Of a stretch of 64,000 bases of DNA, positions 1 through 10,284 are shown piece by piece (positions within the stretch are counted from its first letter, which is position 1; every line of letters begins with the position of its first letter). A program made the position numbers and the translations under genes. The stretch comes from an uncultured delta proteobacterium. GTDB taxonomy: Bacteria; Desulfobacterota; Desulfobacteria; Desulfobacterales; Desulfatirhabdiaceae. Location of the stretch: contig CAWBKP010000010.1 of NCBI GenBank assembly GCA_963789395.1, positions 64,001 to 128,000 on the forward strand, written 5' to 3'. The notes beneath the pieces were generated by a model. It did no database searches. It saw only the letters and a list, made by a program, of their open reading frames with translations, and was not told the DNA's origin.

Positions 1-1224
1 AGCTTGGTCCCCTGATGAATCAGCTGGTAGAAGGAATGCTGGCCATTGGTGCCCGGCTCCCCCCAGTAGATCGGCCCGGTCTGGCAGGCGACCTCTGTCC
101 CGTCAAGACCGACATGCTTGCCGTTGCTCTCCATCGTCAACTGCTGGAGATAGGCCGGAAAACGCTTCAGGTACTGGTCATACGGAAGCACCGCCAGTGT
201 CTGTGCACCAAAGAAGTTATTGTACCAGATTCCCAGGAGCCCCATGAGCACCGGCAGGTTGGCCTCGAAAGGGGCGGTGCGGAAATGCTCGTCCATCTGG
301 TGGAAACCGCCGAGCATGGCCCGAAAATCCGCGGGGCCGATGGCGATCATCGTTGAGAGGCCGATCGCCGAGTCCATGGAATACCGTCCGCCGACCCAAT
401 CCCAGAACTCGAACATATTCTCCGTGTCAATGCCGAACTTGGCGACTTCCCCGGCATTGGTCGAAACGGCAACAAAATGCCTGGCGACGGCAGCCGGATG
501 TTTCAAGGTCTCCAGCGCCCAGTCGCGGGCCGTGTGCGCGTTGGTCATTGTCTCCAGGGTCGTAAAGGTCTTTGACGAGATGATGAACAGCGTCTCCTCG
601 GCGTCAAGATCCCGGGTGGCCTCGGCAAAGTCGGTCCCGTCGATATTGGAGACGAAGCGGAAGGTCAGGCTGCGCAGGCTGTAATGCCGCAATGCCTCGT
701 ATGCCATCACCGGCCCCAGGTCGGACCCGCCGATGCCGATGTTGACGATGTTGCGGATAGGCTTGCCGGTATGGCCTTTCCACTCCCCGCTGCGCACCCG
801 GTTGGAGAAGTCGGCCATCTTGTCAAGCACCGCATGGACCTGGGGCACGACATCTTCACCGTCCAGGACGATGGATTGCCCTTTGGGGGCGCGAAGGGCA
901 ACGTGCAGAACGGCCCGCTTCTCCGTGACGTTGATCTTCTCGCCACGGAACATGGCGTCGATGCGGGTCTGGAGGCCGGACTCCCTTGCCAGTTGCAACA
1001 GGAGCCGGAGCGTCTCGTCCGTGATGCGGTGCTTCGAATAGTCGAAATAGATGCCGACGGCCTCGGTTGCCAGGCGCTCGCCGCGCTCTGGATCGTCGGC
1101 GAAGAGCTTTCGAAGATGCAGGTCCCGGACTTTGGCGTAATGTGCCTCAAGTGCCTGCCAGGCAGCATAGTTTGGGGAGTTGCGGAATACGTGTTGTCAT
1201 GCTCATATGCTCGTTCTCATTCAT
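1..1224 (-). CDS. pgi: glucose-6-phosphate isomerase (3' end outside the window; 1-bp frameshift near 1165)
   Basis: Manual minus-strand translation gives [50 protein letters not shown], which are PGI signatures. Absent from the ORF track because it runs off the edge. Confidence 0.93.
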
Positions 1225-1313
1225 ATGGGGTTGCTCCATTTCCAGTTGCGGGTTTCCGGCTTATCCTCGCCGTGCTTGTTGATGAATTGCCTGTGCGCGA
1301 GCGGTTTATCCCG
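1221..1313 (-). pseudogene. 3'-terminal relic of a phosphoketolase (Xfp) gene
   Basis: Translates [30 protein letters not shown], resembling the Xfp C-terminus (DKLxxHxxYIxxHGEDxPEIRNWKW). Its stop overlaps the pgi start (ATGA). Confidence 0.75.
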
Positions 1314-1432
1314 CGTGAACAGAATTGCTCCGTTACAGACGATTCCTGTCCCTATGCTTTTTGATATCGCTTTTACTTTATCAAGTCAATGACGTTAAAG
1401 GGCTGCCATTGAGGGCCATAAATAAAGTCAAA

Positions 1433-1681
1433 GTAACTACTCAGGCATACAGAATTCAGGAGTCAGAATTCAGAATGGCCCGCATGTCAGTTTTGAGCAA
1501 TTTACCGACTTCTTCCATCAAGCGGGTTGGCTTAGTAACATCTCCATGAGCGAGATCGTGGACAAGTATCAAATAGCAACTCGATTCTTCGAGGGGCTCT
1601 TGAGCGAAATTGAAAAAACGGATTTGCCGGCTCCCTCATTCCGGCTTCTGAATTCTGACTCCTGAATTCCTGTGTAGTGAC
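1433..1681. mobile_element. MITE-like non-autonomous element with heptamer-rich terminal inverted repeats
   Basis: Left end GTAACTACTCAGG..GAATTCAGGAGTCAGAATTCAGAA matches the reverse complement of the right end, GTCACTACACAGGAATTCAGGAGTCAGAATTCAGAA. Flanks are aagtcaaa and aagtccaa (7/8 identical, candidate target-site duplication). Confidence 0.7.
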
Positions 1682-1770
1682 AAGTCCAACCTACCGTTTT
1701 CGGGATTTTCATGATGTTTTGGAAAATCGTCGTCAGAGGTTACCCCTTTAAGAGGCGGAGGGAGAAGAAT

Positions 1771-2495
1771 TCAGCTCAAATCCAGTCGGGCGGCCGCGGC
1801 CTTGTCAGTCAGCCATATAATTTCGCCGATCCGGGGCCGGACAAGCTGGGCAGGCAGCCGGGAAGGATCGTCCGGTTCGGTGAGCACCGCTTTAAGCACG
1901 GAAGCCTTGGTATCCCCGCTGACCAGAAATACCACCAGCCGTGCCCGGTTGATAATCGCGGGCATCAGGGTCACCCGGTGCATCTCCTGCTCTTTCAGAT
2001 AAATCGAAGCCGTCCAGGCGGTTTGATCGTTGAGGATCTCTGTTTGCGGAAAAAGAGAGGCGGTATGCCCGTTTTCGCCCAGTCCCAGCAGGATCAGATC
2101 AAATGCGGGCGGCCCGCCGGAAAAAAAATCATGGAGCAGATCGCGGTATTGTCTGGCGGATTCCGCGGGTTTTTCAAGGCATATCATCGGGTGAATCTGG
2201 TCCGGCGGCACGGAAACATGATCCAGAAGCGCCTCCTGGCCATGCGAGCGTTGCTCCGCCGGTCATCCGCCGGCACGCACCGTTCGTCTCCCCAGAAAAC
2301 ATGGGTCTTGTCCCAGGCGACTTCATCGCGAAAAGGCGGCCCAGCCAATATCTCATAAAGGCGCCGGGGGGTGCTCCCGCCCGACAATGCCACGGCAAAA
2401 CGTCCCTGCCGGGCTACGGAAAGCCGCGCCTGCCGGACAAAAAGCGCTGCCGCTTCCCGGCTGAGCGATTCCGGATCCGGAAAAACGCGGATCAT
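1771..2495 (-). CDS. pgl: 6-phosphogluconolactonase (frameshift near 2240)
   Basis: ALSGGSTP and FWGDERCVP lie in ORF 2184..2522; DLILLGLGENGHTASLFP lies in ORF 1771..2211. The start overlaps the zwf stop. Confidence 0.9.
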
Positions 2496-4047
2496 GGACG
2501 CGGCTCCGTGCTGATATGACACACCGCCGCATCATCCTGGCACTGGAGGGAAGTGGGGGTGATCCAGCTGATGCCGTCCCGGGCGATCAACGTGTCGGCA
2601 TCTTCCGGTCCCCAGGTGCCGGCCTGGTAGTTCGGAAAATCGGCGGACCTCACCGAGTTCCAGACATCCAGAATCGGTGCGATAACTGACCAGGCCGCCT
2701 CGGTCTGGTCCTTTCGCAAAAACAGCGTGGCATCCCCTTTCATGATATCGAGGAGCAGCGTCTCATAAGCCTCGGGCGGCACCACTTTAAAGGCTTCCCG
2801 GTAGTAAAACTGCATCATCACCGGGGACAGGTGCATCACTGGGCCTGGCTTTTTGATCTGGAACCTGAGCAGAATGCCTTCTTCCGGCTGGATGGCGATC
2901 AAAAGCCGGTTGGGACGAAGGTCCAGGGTCGCGGATGCCGGAAAAGTCTGATGGGGAACGGGTTTGAATTGAATGGAAATTTCTGAAATTCTGGCCGGCA
3001 GCCGTTTGCCGGTTCTCAGAAAAAACGGGACCCCCTGCCATCGCCAGTTGTCCACATAAAACTTGGCGGCAACGAATGTTTCGGTAAAGGAATCTTCGGC
3101 GATGTCTTCTCGTCATGGTACCCTTTGACATATTCTCCGTTGATTTTTCCCGCGCCATACTGGCCGCGGACGGCGAACTGGGGAACCTGTTCCGGCAGGA
3201 TGGGCCGTATGGCGTGCAGCACGTCCACCTTTTTGTTGCGGATTTCGTTGTCGTTAAAAGAAACCGGCGCTTCCATGGCGATCAGGCAGAGTATCTGCAG
3301 CAGGTGGTTCTGGATCATGTCCCGCAGGGCGCCGGCCTTGTCATAGTACCCGCCCCTGTGGCCGACACCCACCTCTTCGGCCACGGTAATCTGGATGTGA
3401 TCGATATGCTGGCGGTTCCAGACGGGCTCAAAAAGCGTATTGCCGAAACGAAAGGCAAGGATGTTCTGAACGGTTTCCTTGCCCAGGTAATGATCGATGC
3501 GGAAGATCTGCCGCTCCTCGAAAATCTCGGTCAGCAGGCGGTTTAAATTGCGCGCCGACGCCAGATCATGCCCGAAAGGCTTTTCGACGACAAAGCGGAC
3601 CCGTTGCCGGTTTTCATTCAATTTGGCGTCTCCCAGATGCCGGGCCACGGGTTCAATCATGCTCGGGGGAAGGGCCAGGTAGAAAATTCGGTTTACTTCA
3701 GCGCCCCATTTCTTTTCACGGGCCGAGAGCATTTTTCCCAGGTCCTTGTAAATTTTTGCATCGATCAGGTCCACGCGGTTAAAATGGAGGCAAGGCGCGA
3801 AATTTTTCCAGTCTTCGTCTTTAGCCTTTCCCCGGCGGGAAAATTGATTCACGCCGTCCCGCAGATGGTCCCGGAAATTGTCATCATTCATCTCGTCGTT
3901 GCTCATGCCGATAATTTCAAATTTTTCGGGCATCCATCCGCTCAAATACAGGTTGTAGAGTGCCGGAACCAGTTTTCGCCACGTCAGATCGCCCGATGCG
4001 CCGAAAATAACGAAAACAGTCGGATCGCAGCGTTTTTCAACTTCCAT
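2492..4047 (-). CDS. zwf: glucose-6-phosphate 1-dehydrogenase (frameshift near 3085-3110)
   Basis: Motifs GASGDL, EKPFG, RIDHYLGKE and DNWRWQGVPFFLRTGK are split over two ORFs. Confidence 0.95.
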
Positions 4048-4056
4048 GTAGCCTCC

Positions 4057-5487
4057 TTATGGTTTTCCCCATTTCGTGTGAAAGGTGCCTGCCGCATCCA
4101 CCCGTTCATAGGTATGGGCGCCGAAATAGTCGCGCTGTGCCATGATCAGGTTGGCCGGCAGCCTGCCGCTGCGGAAGGCGTCAAAATAGGACAGGGCCAT
4201 CATCAGACCCGGCATCGGCAGCCCCAGGGTTGCACCGGTGCAGACCACGTATCTCAGTTCGGTTTGCCGGACAACCACGGCCTGGCCCAGATGCCCGTCC
4301 AAAAGCAGATTTTCCAGATCGGGAGCTGATTGATAGGCGGACCGGATGTCTTCCAGCAGGGCCGCCCGGATAATGCACCCGCCTCGCCAGATGCGCGCCA
4401 CGGTTTCGAGGTTCAAGTCATATTCATATGTTTTGGAAGCCTTTGCCAGCAATGCCATGCCCTGGGCATAGGTGACGATCATGGCTGCGTAAAGCGCATT
4501 TTTGACCTGGTGGAGTATATGCTCCCTTTCCCCTTCAAAGCCCGGACTCGGACCCTTGAGCTTGCGGCCGGCTTTTTCACGCTGCTTTTTATATGCGGAC
4601 ATGTCCCGCATCATGACCGCGATGTCGATATTGAAGGCCGGCACCTGAAGGCCCAGGTCCTCCGAGACGGTCCACTCTCCGGTGCCTTTCTGCCGGGCCT
4701 GGTCCTGAATCACGTCGATGAGGGGCTTTCCGGATTTCTCGTCTTTCTGAAGAAATATATCCGCCGTGATCTCGATCAGATAGCTGTTCAACTCTTTTCC
4801 GTTCCAGCGATCGAATACTTCATGCAGTTCATCGGGCTGCATGCCCAGTCCCCGTTTCATCAGGTCGTAGGTCTCGGAAATAAGCTGCATCAGCCCGTAT
4901 TCAATCCCGTTATGCACCATTTTGACATAGTGGCCCGCCGAACCGGGCCCCAGGTATGCCACACAGGGGTCATTGTCCACGCGGGCGGCGGCGGATTCCA
5001 GAATATGGCCGACCCTGTCATAACCCTTGCGGGTGCCGCCCGGCATCAGGCTGGGGCCGCGGCGAGCGCCGCTTTCCCCGCCGGACATGCCCATTCCCAT
5101 GAAGGAAAGCCCCCTGTCTTCAACCCTGCGGATGCGCCGGTTCGTGTCCGTAAAACGGGAGTTGCCGCTGTCGATGACAAGATCCCCGGATTCCAGATGC
5201 GGCAGGAGCTCCTCAATCACCGCGTCCACCGGATCGCCTGCCGGGACAAGCATCATCACGGCCCGGGGCCGGGAGAGCAGTCCGAGAAATTCTTTGATGT
5301 CATGGCCGGTCCGAAGATCCTGATCCCGGGTCCTTTCAAGTGTCAGGGCCTGCATCTTGTCCGTATCCCGGTCATACCCGGCCACTGAAAAACCGTGATC
5401 AGCCATGTTCTGCGCAAAATTGCGCCCCATCACCCCCAACCCGATCAGCCCGATATCGCATTTCCTGTTTTTGTCATGCCCTGCCAT
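4057..5487 (-). CDS. gnd: NADP-dependent 6-phosphogluconate dehydrogenase, decarboxylating
   Basis: GLGVMG, SGGESGA, KMVHNGIEYG and AQRDYFGAHTY motifs; intact 476 aa. Confidence 0.97.
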   Translation of the reverse strand: MAGHDKNRKCDIGLIGLGVMGRNFAQNMADHGFSVAGYDRDTDKMQALTLERTRDQDLRTGHDIKEFLGLLSRPRAVMMLVPAGDPVDAVIEELLPHLESGDLVIDSGNSRFTDTNRRIRRVEDRGLSFMGMGMSGGESGARRGPSLMPGGTRKGYDRVGHILESAAARVDNDPCVAYLGPGSAGHYVKMVHNGIEYGLMQLISETYDLMKRGLGMQPDELHEVFDRWNGKELNSYLIEITADIFLQKDEKSGKPLIDVIQDQARQKGTGEWTVSEDLGLQVPAFNIDIAVMMRDMSAYKKQREKAGRKLKGPSPGFEGEREHILHQVKNALYAAMIVTYAQGMALLAKASKTYEYDLNLETVARIWRGGCIIRAALLEDIRSAYQSAPDLENLLLDGHLGQAVVVRQTELRYVVCTGATLGLPMPGLMMALSYFDAFRSGRLPANLIMAQRDYFGAHTYERVDAAGTFHTKWGKP

Positions 5488-5540
5488 GGCTATTTCTCCC
5501 GTTATTTCAGATTATTTTACCGTAAAAACACATCCGCGCC

Positions 5541-5566
5541 ATCATTCCGGCGAACACCGAAATCCA
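5541..5566. repeat. degenerate REP-like palindrome
   Basis: ATCATTCCGGCGAACACCGAAATCCA. The 15-bp core ATTCCGGCGAACACC recurs at about 59339-59353. Confidence 0.45.
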
Positions 5567-5640
5567 AGTCCCCCCGATCCGCGGGTTTCACGTTCCCGCG
5601 CGTTTGCGCAGATCCTTCCCTCAGAAAGGTCCGGTCACCT

Positions 5641-5804
5641 ATCATGTGCAGGAGGGGGATCGCCAGCATCATGAACAGGCACACGCGGATCGTCTCAGCA
5701 ATGCGTCAGATCGCATAGCTGTTCATCCGCCGGAAGATTCTCAGGCAGTCCGATCCGGTCGATCCCGCCTTCCGCACCGTCTTTTCTTCCGTCGATCGGA
5801 TCAT
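5641..5804 (-). pseudogene. relic of a proton-efflux P-type ATPase gene
   Basis: Translates ..RIFRRMNSYAI*RIAETIRVCLFMMLAI, matching the P-type H+-ATPase segment RIFQRMNSYAIYRIAETxRV, with an in-frame TGA at the Tyr position. Confidence 0.75.
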
Positions 5805-8346
5805 CGCTGCCACAGGATCCGTGCGTCTTCCAGCGGGATCGAAACACCATCGCAGCAGGGTATCACACGCGCCGTATAGTCCGCCGGCGGGCGGTCCGCG
5901 GACACCGACGCGCTGTAAACGGCAGCTCCCGACGATTCGGCCGGTTGCCGAACACGCTGCATCTCCTGCCGCACCGGTGTTTCGCCGTTTATTCCGTCGG
6001 CATAAAGCTCCACCCGCACCGACCGGGGTCGAGATCATTGAGATAGAGCTGAATCTCATACACATGCTGACTGTCATGGGTCTCCACCTTCACTTCGCCG
6101 AATCGCAGCGCGGCCCATTTCTGTTCCAGGCTGTGCTGCCAATAAACCATTTGCCTGCCTGCAGTCCCATTGTCGGCGGCACGCGAACGGTAGGCGGCGG
6201 CGGACGGAATGTAGTACTGCTCGGTGTATTCGCGCACCGTGCGGTTGGCGGAAAAGCGGGGTGTCAACTGTGCCATGCTCTCCCGCATCCGCTTGATCCA
6301 AGCGGTGGGAATATTGCTCTCGTTCCGGGTATAAAACTCCGGGATCACCTCGCGCTCGAGCAGGTCGTAGAGGGCCTCGGCTTCAGCGGCGTTCCAGGCG
6401 GGATCATCGCCATGCTCCTGGCCGTCCCCCAGGGCCCACCCCACTTCCGGCGTGTAAGCTTCGGCCCACCAGCCGTCCAATTCCGACAGATTGATGCCGC
6501 CATTGACGAGCACCTTCATGCCGCTCGTTCCGCTGGCCTCCCAGGGTCTCAGCGGCGTGTTGATCCAGACGTCCACCCCCTGCACCAGGTGCTCTGTAAG
6601 CAGCATGTCGTAGTCGGCCAGAAAAACGATATGGGGCCGGACCTCCGGCTGGCGGATGAATTTTATCCATTCGCGGATCAGGTCCTTTCCCGCCTGATCC
6701 TCCGGATGGGCCTTTCCGGCGATGATGAGCTGCACCGGACGCTCGGGATTGCTTAACAGGCGCAGCAGCCGCTCCGGGTCGTGCAGCAGCAGGTTCGGCC
6801 GCTTGTAGGTTGCAAAGCGCCGTGCAAAGCCAAGTGTCAACGCATTGGGATCAAACAGATGTTTCGCCCCTTCAACCGCTCCGGGTGACGCGCCGGAGGC
6901 GGCCAGTTGCCGGGTCAATCGATCCCGGGTGAATTCAACCAGGTCGGTGGTGGCGGCAATGCGAAACTGCCAGAGGCCGGCGTCAGAAATGCCGCGAATA
7001 TCCTTCTCCAGGGTTTCCGTCGTTCCCAGCCACCGGTTTTTTTCACAGGCCTTTGTCCAGAGATCGTCGGCCGCGGCCGAGTCCCAGCTCGGCATGTGAA
7101 CACCGTTGGTCACGTGTCCGACGGGCACTTCGTCCGGCGGCCAGTGCGGAAAGAGCGGCTCAAAGAGACGCCGGCTGACCTTGCCGTGCAAGCGGCTCAC
7201 GCCATTCACCGAACCGCTCCCCCGGATTGCCAGATAGGCCATGTTGAAACTTTCCGATGCGTCGTTCGGGTTCCGGCGGCCCAGTGCCAGCAGATCGTGT
7301 CGGGTGATACCGAGTTTCTGCTCGGCATAACCGCCGAGGTACTGCTCGATAAGGGCCGGCGTGAACCGGTCAAAGCCGGCGGCAACTGCCGTGTGGGTGG
7401 TGAAAAGATTTCCCGCCCGCGTGACGGCCAGTGCGACTTCAAATGGCTGCCCGGTCACCTGCATGAAACCGCGGGCGCGTTCCAGCACGGCAAAGGCCGC
7501 GTGCCCTTCATTCAGATGGCAGACTTCCGGCTGTATGCCAAGCGCGCCCAGCAGCCGCCAGCCGCCGATCCCCAGGAGCAGTTCCTGTTTGAGACGCAGC
7601 TCCGGTCCGCCGCCGTAAAGCTCGCTGGTAATCCCGCGATGCGCGGGGAAGTTCGCCGCGTCATTGCTGTCCAGCAGATAGAGTTTTGCTCTGCCGACCT
7701 GGACCTGCCAGGCACGCAGCCAGACCGAGTACCCGGGCAGGGCAACTTCCAGCCGCAGCCACTCCCCGTTTGCCTGGCGCAATGGCGTGATCGGCAACTG
7801 CCCGGGATCGTTATACGGAAAAAGGGCCTGCTGTGCGCCGTCCTTGTCGATCACCTGGCGAAAATACCCTTGCTGGTAAAGCAGCCCCACGCCGACCACC
7901 GGCACGCCCAGATCGCTGGTGGCTTTGAGCTGATCGCCGGCCACATTGCCCAGCCCGCCCGAATAGATGGGCAACGCTTCGCTCAGCATGAATTCCATGC
8001 TGAAATATGCGACAGCGGTCAGGGGGCTCTGCGAATGATTCTGCTGAAACCACGCGGGCGCCGCCAGCGCTTGCTGCCTGGCCTGTACCAGTCCGTCAAC
8101 GTTTTTGCGAAAAACAGGATCGGCCATCATTCGCTCGATCCGGTCACGAGAGACCGTCTGCAGAACAACCCATGGATTATGCGTCGCTTCCCATAGTTCG
8201 GAATCAAGCTGCCGCCACACTTCATCGGCAGCATGATTCCAAGACCAGCGCATATCCAGGGCAAGCTCCGCCAGGGAATCGAACCCCTCGACATCAGCGG
8301 GAATCAGACTGTATATCGGATGGCTGACACGTGTTTGTTTGCTCAT
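5801..8346 (-). CDS. glgP: alpha-glucan (glycogen/maltodextrin) phosphorylase (frameshift near 6020)
   Basis: YSGGLGNVAGD, HLNEGH, FARRFATYKR and EASGTSGMK (PLP lysine). RBS GGAGGAG precedes the ATG at 8346. The C-terminus is in ORF 5801..6019. Confidence 0.95.
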
Positions 8347-8390
8347 GGTTACTCCTCCAAATCGGTTCCGGACAGAATCATGACAGCTTC

Positions 8391-8435
8391 TCAAGCAGCC
8401 ATGAAGACCCATGTAAGACACATTGATTTATTCAT
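8391..8435 (-). other. 14-codon ORF with a strong RBS between tal and glgP, probably the 5' relic of a secreted-protein gene
   Basis: AAGGAGGAG then MNKSMCLTWVFMAA*, continuing EAVMILSG past the stop; signal-peptide-like. Confidence 0.4.
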
Positions 8436-8466
8436 TGTTGCTCCTCCTTAACTGAGCGGGTTGCTT

Positions 8467-9603
8467 TCAAGACTCCCTCGTCATGTGCTGCTGTGAATTT
8501 TGCAGCAGGGTCTCCAGCAACTTGTCGAAAGGCTGGTTGAATTTTTCAACACCTTCGTCCTCAAGCTGCCGCGTCACATCGTCAATGCGAATGCCCAGTT
8601 CCGGCAGACGGTCCAGCACCGAGCGTGCTTCCTCGATATTCTGTTCGAGCCTGACTTTCGGATCCCCATGATCACGATAGGCATCAAGGGTTTCCGGCGG
8701 GACCGTGTTCACCGTGTCCGGACCAATGAGGGCCTCGACGTATTTCACGTCACTGTATTCAGGATTCTTGGTGCTCGTGCTGGCCCAGAGCAGTCGCTGG
8801 ACACGAGCCCCCCGGGCAGCCAGCTTCCTGAAGCGGTCGCTCCCGAAGTTTTCCTTGTAAATCTGGTAGGCCATTTTCGCACTGGCAATAGCGACCTGCC
8901 CTTGAACCTTTTTTGCGATCTCAGCCTCCCCGCCTCCCCGTACAATACATTTTTCCAGCAACGGATCCACCAGCGCATCAATACGGCTTAAAAAAAAGCT
9001 GGCCACCGAGGCGACGGGCTTCACCGGTTTTCCCTGGGCCACGCGCGCTTCAATGCCGGCGATATATGCTTCCAGCACTTGCCGGTAACGCGGCAAACCG
9101 AAGAGCAGCGTCACATTGACGCTGATGCCTTCGCTGATAAGCTGCCTGATGGCAGGCAGGCCGTTGACCGTCGCCGGAACTTTGATGAAGACATTGGGAC
9201 GATTCAGTGCGGACCACAGCCTGCGGGCTTCCGCCACTGTCCCGTTGGTATCGTGCGCAAGATGGGGGTTGACCTCCAGGCTGACATACCCGTCTTTGCC
9301 ATCCGTTTTATCGTAGAGCGGCCGGAACTCATCCGCAGCACATTGCACGTCGCGCTGGCTGAGGGTTTCGTAAATTGCCTCCGCTCCCTTCCCTTCAAGT
9401 GCCACGACCCGAATGTCCTCGTCGTAATCGTGACTGCTTGCAATCGCCTTCTGGAAGATGGCCGGATTCGAAGTCATTCCCCGCAGTCCATCCTCCTGGA
9501 TCAGACGCCAGAGATCGCCGCTGGCGATCAGGTCTCGCCGGATGTAATCCAGCCAAATGGACTGCCCGAGTGTTTCCAATTGTTTGAGCGGATTGTTGTT
9601 CAT
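8467..9603 (-). CDS. tal: transaldolase
   Basis: QSIWLD, GMTSNPAIF, VSLEV, FIKVPAT, NVTLLF and LLWAST motifs. RBS AAGGAG precedes the ATG at 9603. Confidence 0.95.
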   Translation of the reverse strand: MNNNPLKQLETLGQSIWLDYIRRDLIASGDLWRLIQEDGLRGMTSNPAIFQKAIASSHDYDEDIRVVALEGKGAEAIYETLSQRDVQCAADEFRPLYDKTDGKDGYVSLEVNPHLAHDTNGTVAEARRLWSALNRPNVFIKVPATVNGLPAIRQLISEGISVNVTLLFGLPRYRQVLEAYIAGIEARVAQGKPVKPVASVASFFLSRIDALVDPLLEKCIVRGGGEAEIAKKVQGQVAIASAKMAYQIYKENFGSDRFRKLAARGARVQRLLWASTSTKNPEYSDVKYVEALIGPDTVNTVPPETLDAYRDHGDPKVRLEQNIEEARSVLDRLPELGIRIDDVTRQLEDEGVEKFNQPFDKLLETLLQNSQQHMTRES

Positions 9604-9695
9604 GATTTTGTCTCCTTGTTTTTCAGTTCCGCCACCTTGGACAACCGGCAATGCTGGCGGCCAATTTCTCTGTAATCGGACGGCAAGAATAGCCA
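9600..9695 (-). pseudogene. probable 3' relic of a ribose-5-phosphate isomerase B (RpiB/LacA/LacB family) gene
   Basis: Translates WLFLPSDYREIGRQHCRLSKVAELKNKETKS*, resembling the RpiB tail (FLxxxFxxxxRHxRRLxKVxxLE). Its stop overlaps the tal ATG. Confidence 0.5.
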
Positions 9696-9743
9696 GCGGC
9701 TCATCGTTGGGAGCGCCACTGTATCCAGGGATACCTATTTTAA

Positions 9744-9806
9744 TGGATATAAATTATACATCTGAATATTTATTGTGGATACAAATTATACATCTGAATA
9801 TTTATT
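9744..9806. repeat. tandem direct repeat, 2 x 31 bp with a 32-bp period
   Basis: tggatataaattatacatctgaatatttatt-g-tggatacaaattatacatctgaatatttatt, with one mismatch. Confidence 0.9.
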
Positions 9807-9886
9807 AATGTTGCGCCATGCAATTCTATGATATTGAACCCCTCATTCAAAACCTATCCGCTTCATTGAGCGCCATCTTTTATTAT

Positions 9887-9902
9887 TGCATACTTTGTGC
9901 CA
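9887..9902 (-). promoter_or_regulatory. sigma-54 (-24/-12) promoter facing tal-glgP
   Basis: Minus strand reads TGGCACAAAGTATGCA, i.e. TGGCAC-N5-(A)TGCA with exact GG-N10-GC spacing. Confidence 0.65.
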
Positions 9903-10284
9903 GGTTTCTTGACCTGAGCGTCATGTATCCCATCACTCTGATTTATTGGGAATAATCGGATAAAATTGCAATCGTGGAAGCGGCATTGAGAGACATGCAA
10001 AAAGGTTATATTCAACCAGTGGTCATATATGATTTTTTTCGGCAAGTTAAATGTCATGTGCAGAAAAAGACTTGGAAGGAGGATTTGGGGTCTTCGAATG
10101 CCAGGATCAAACTAATGAATACGTTAGACGACGCAGTCGCACCCGGGAAAACGGCCTGACTATGAACGGGGATATGCCATTGATAGAAAGCATTCCGGTG
10201 GATCGGTTTACCTGATTGCTGCCCGAAGCCGCCACCCTCGACCCGACCGACAGGCTCAATCCATCGGAGAGAGTGTGTCTACTT

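Noticed and set aside
1300..1320. CGGTTTATCCCGCG resembling a type I-E CRISPR repeat
   Set aside because: It is a single partial copy with no spacers or cas genes, and is explained as the antisense of the xfp relic codons.
5705..5710. In-frame TGA in the ATPase fragment as selenocysteine
   Set aside because: The position corresponds to Tyr in homologues and the gene is a truncated relic.
9744..9806. Mini CRISPR array
   Set aside because: The two units are adjacent with no spacer.
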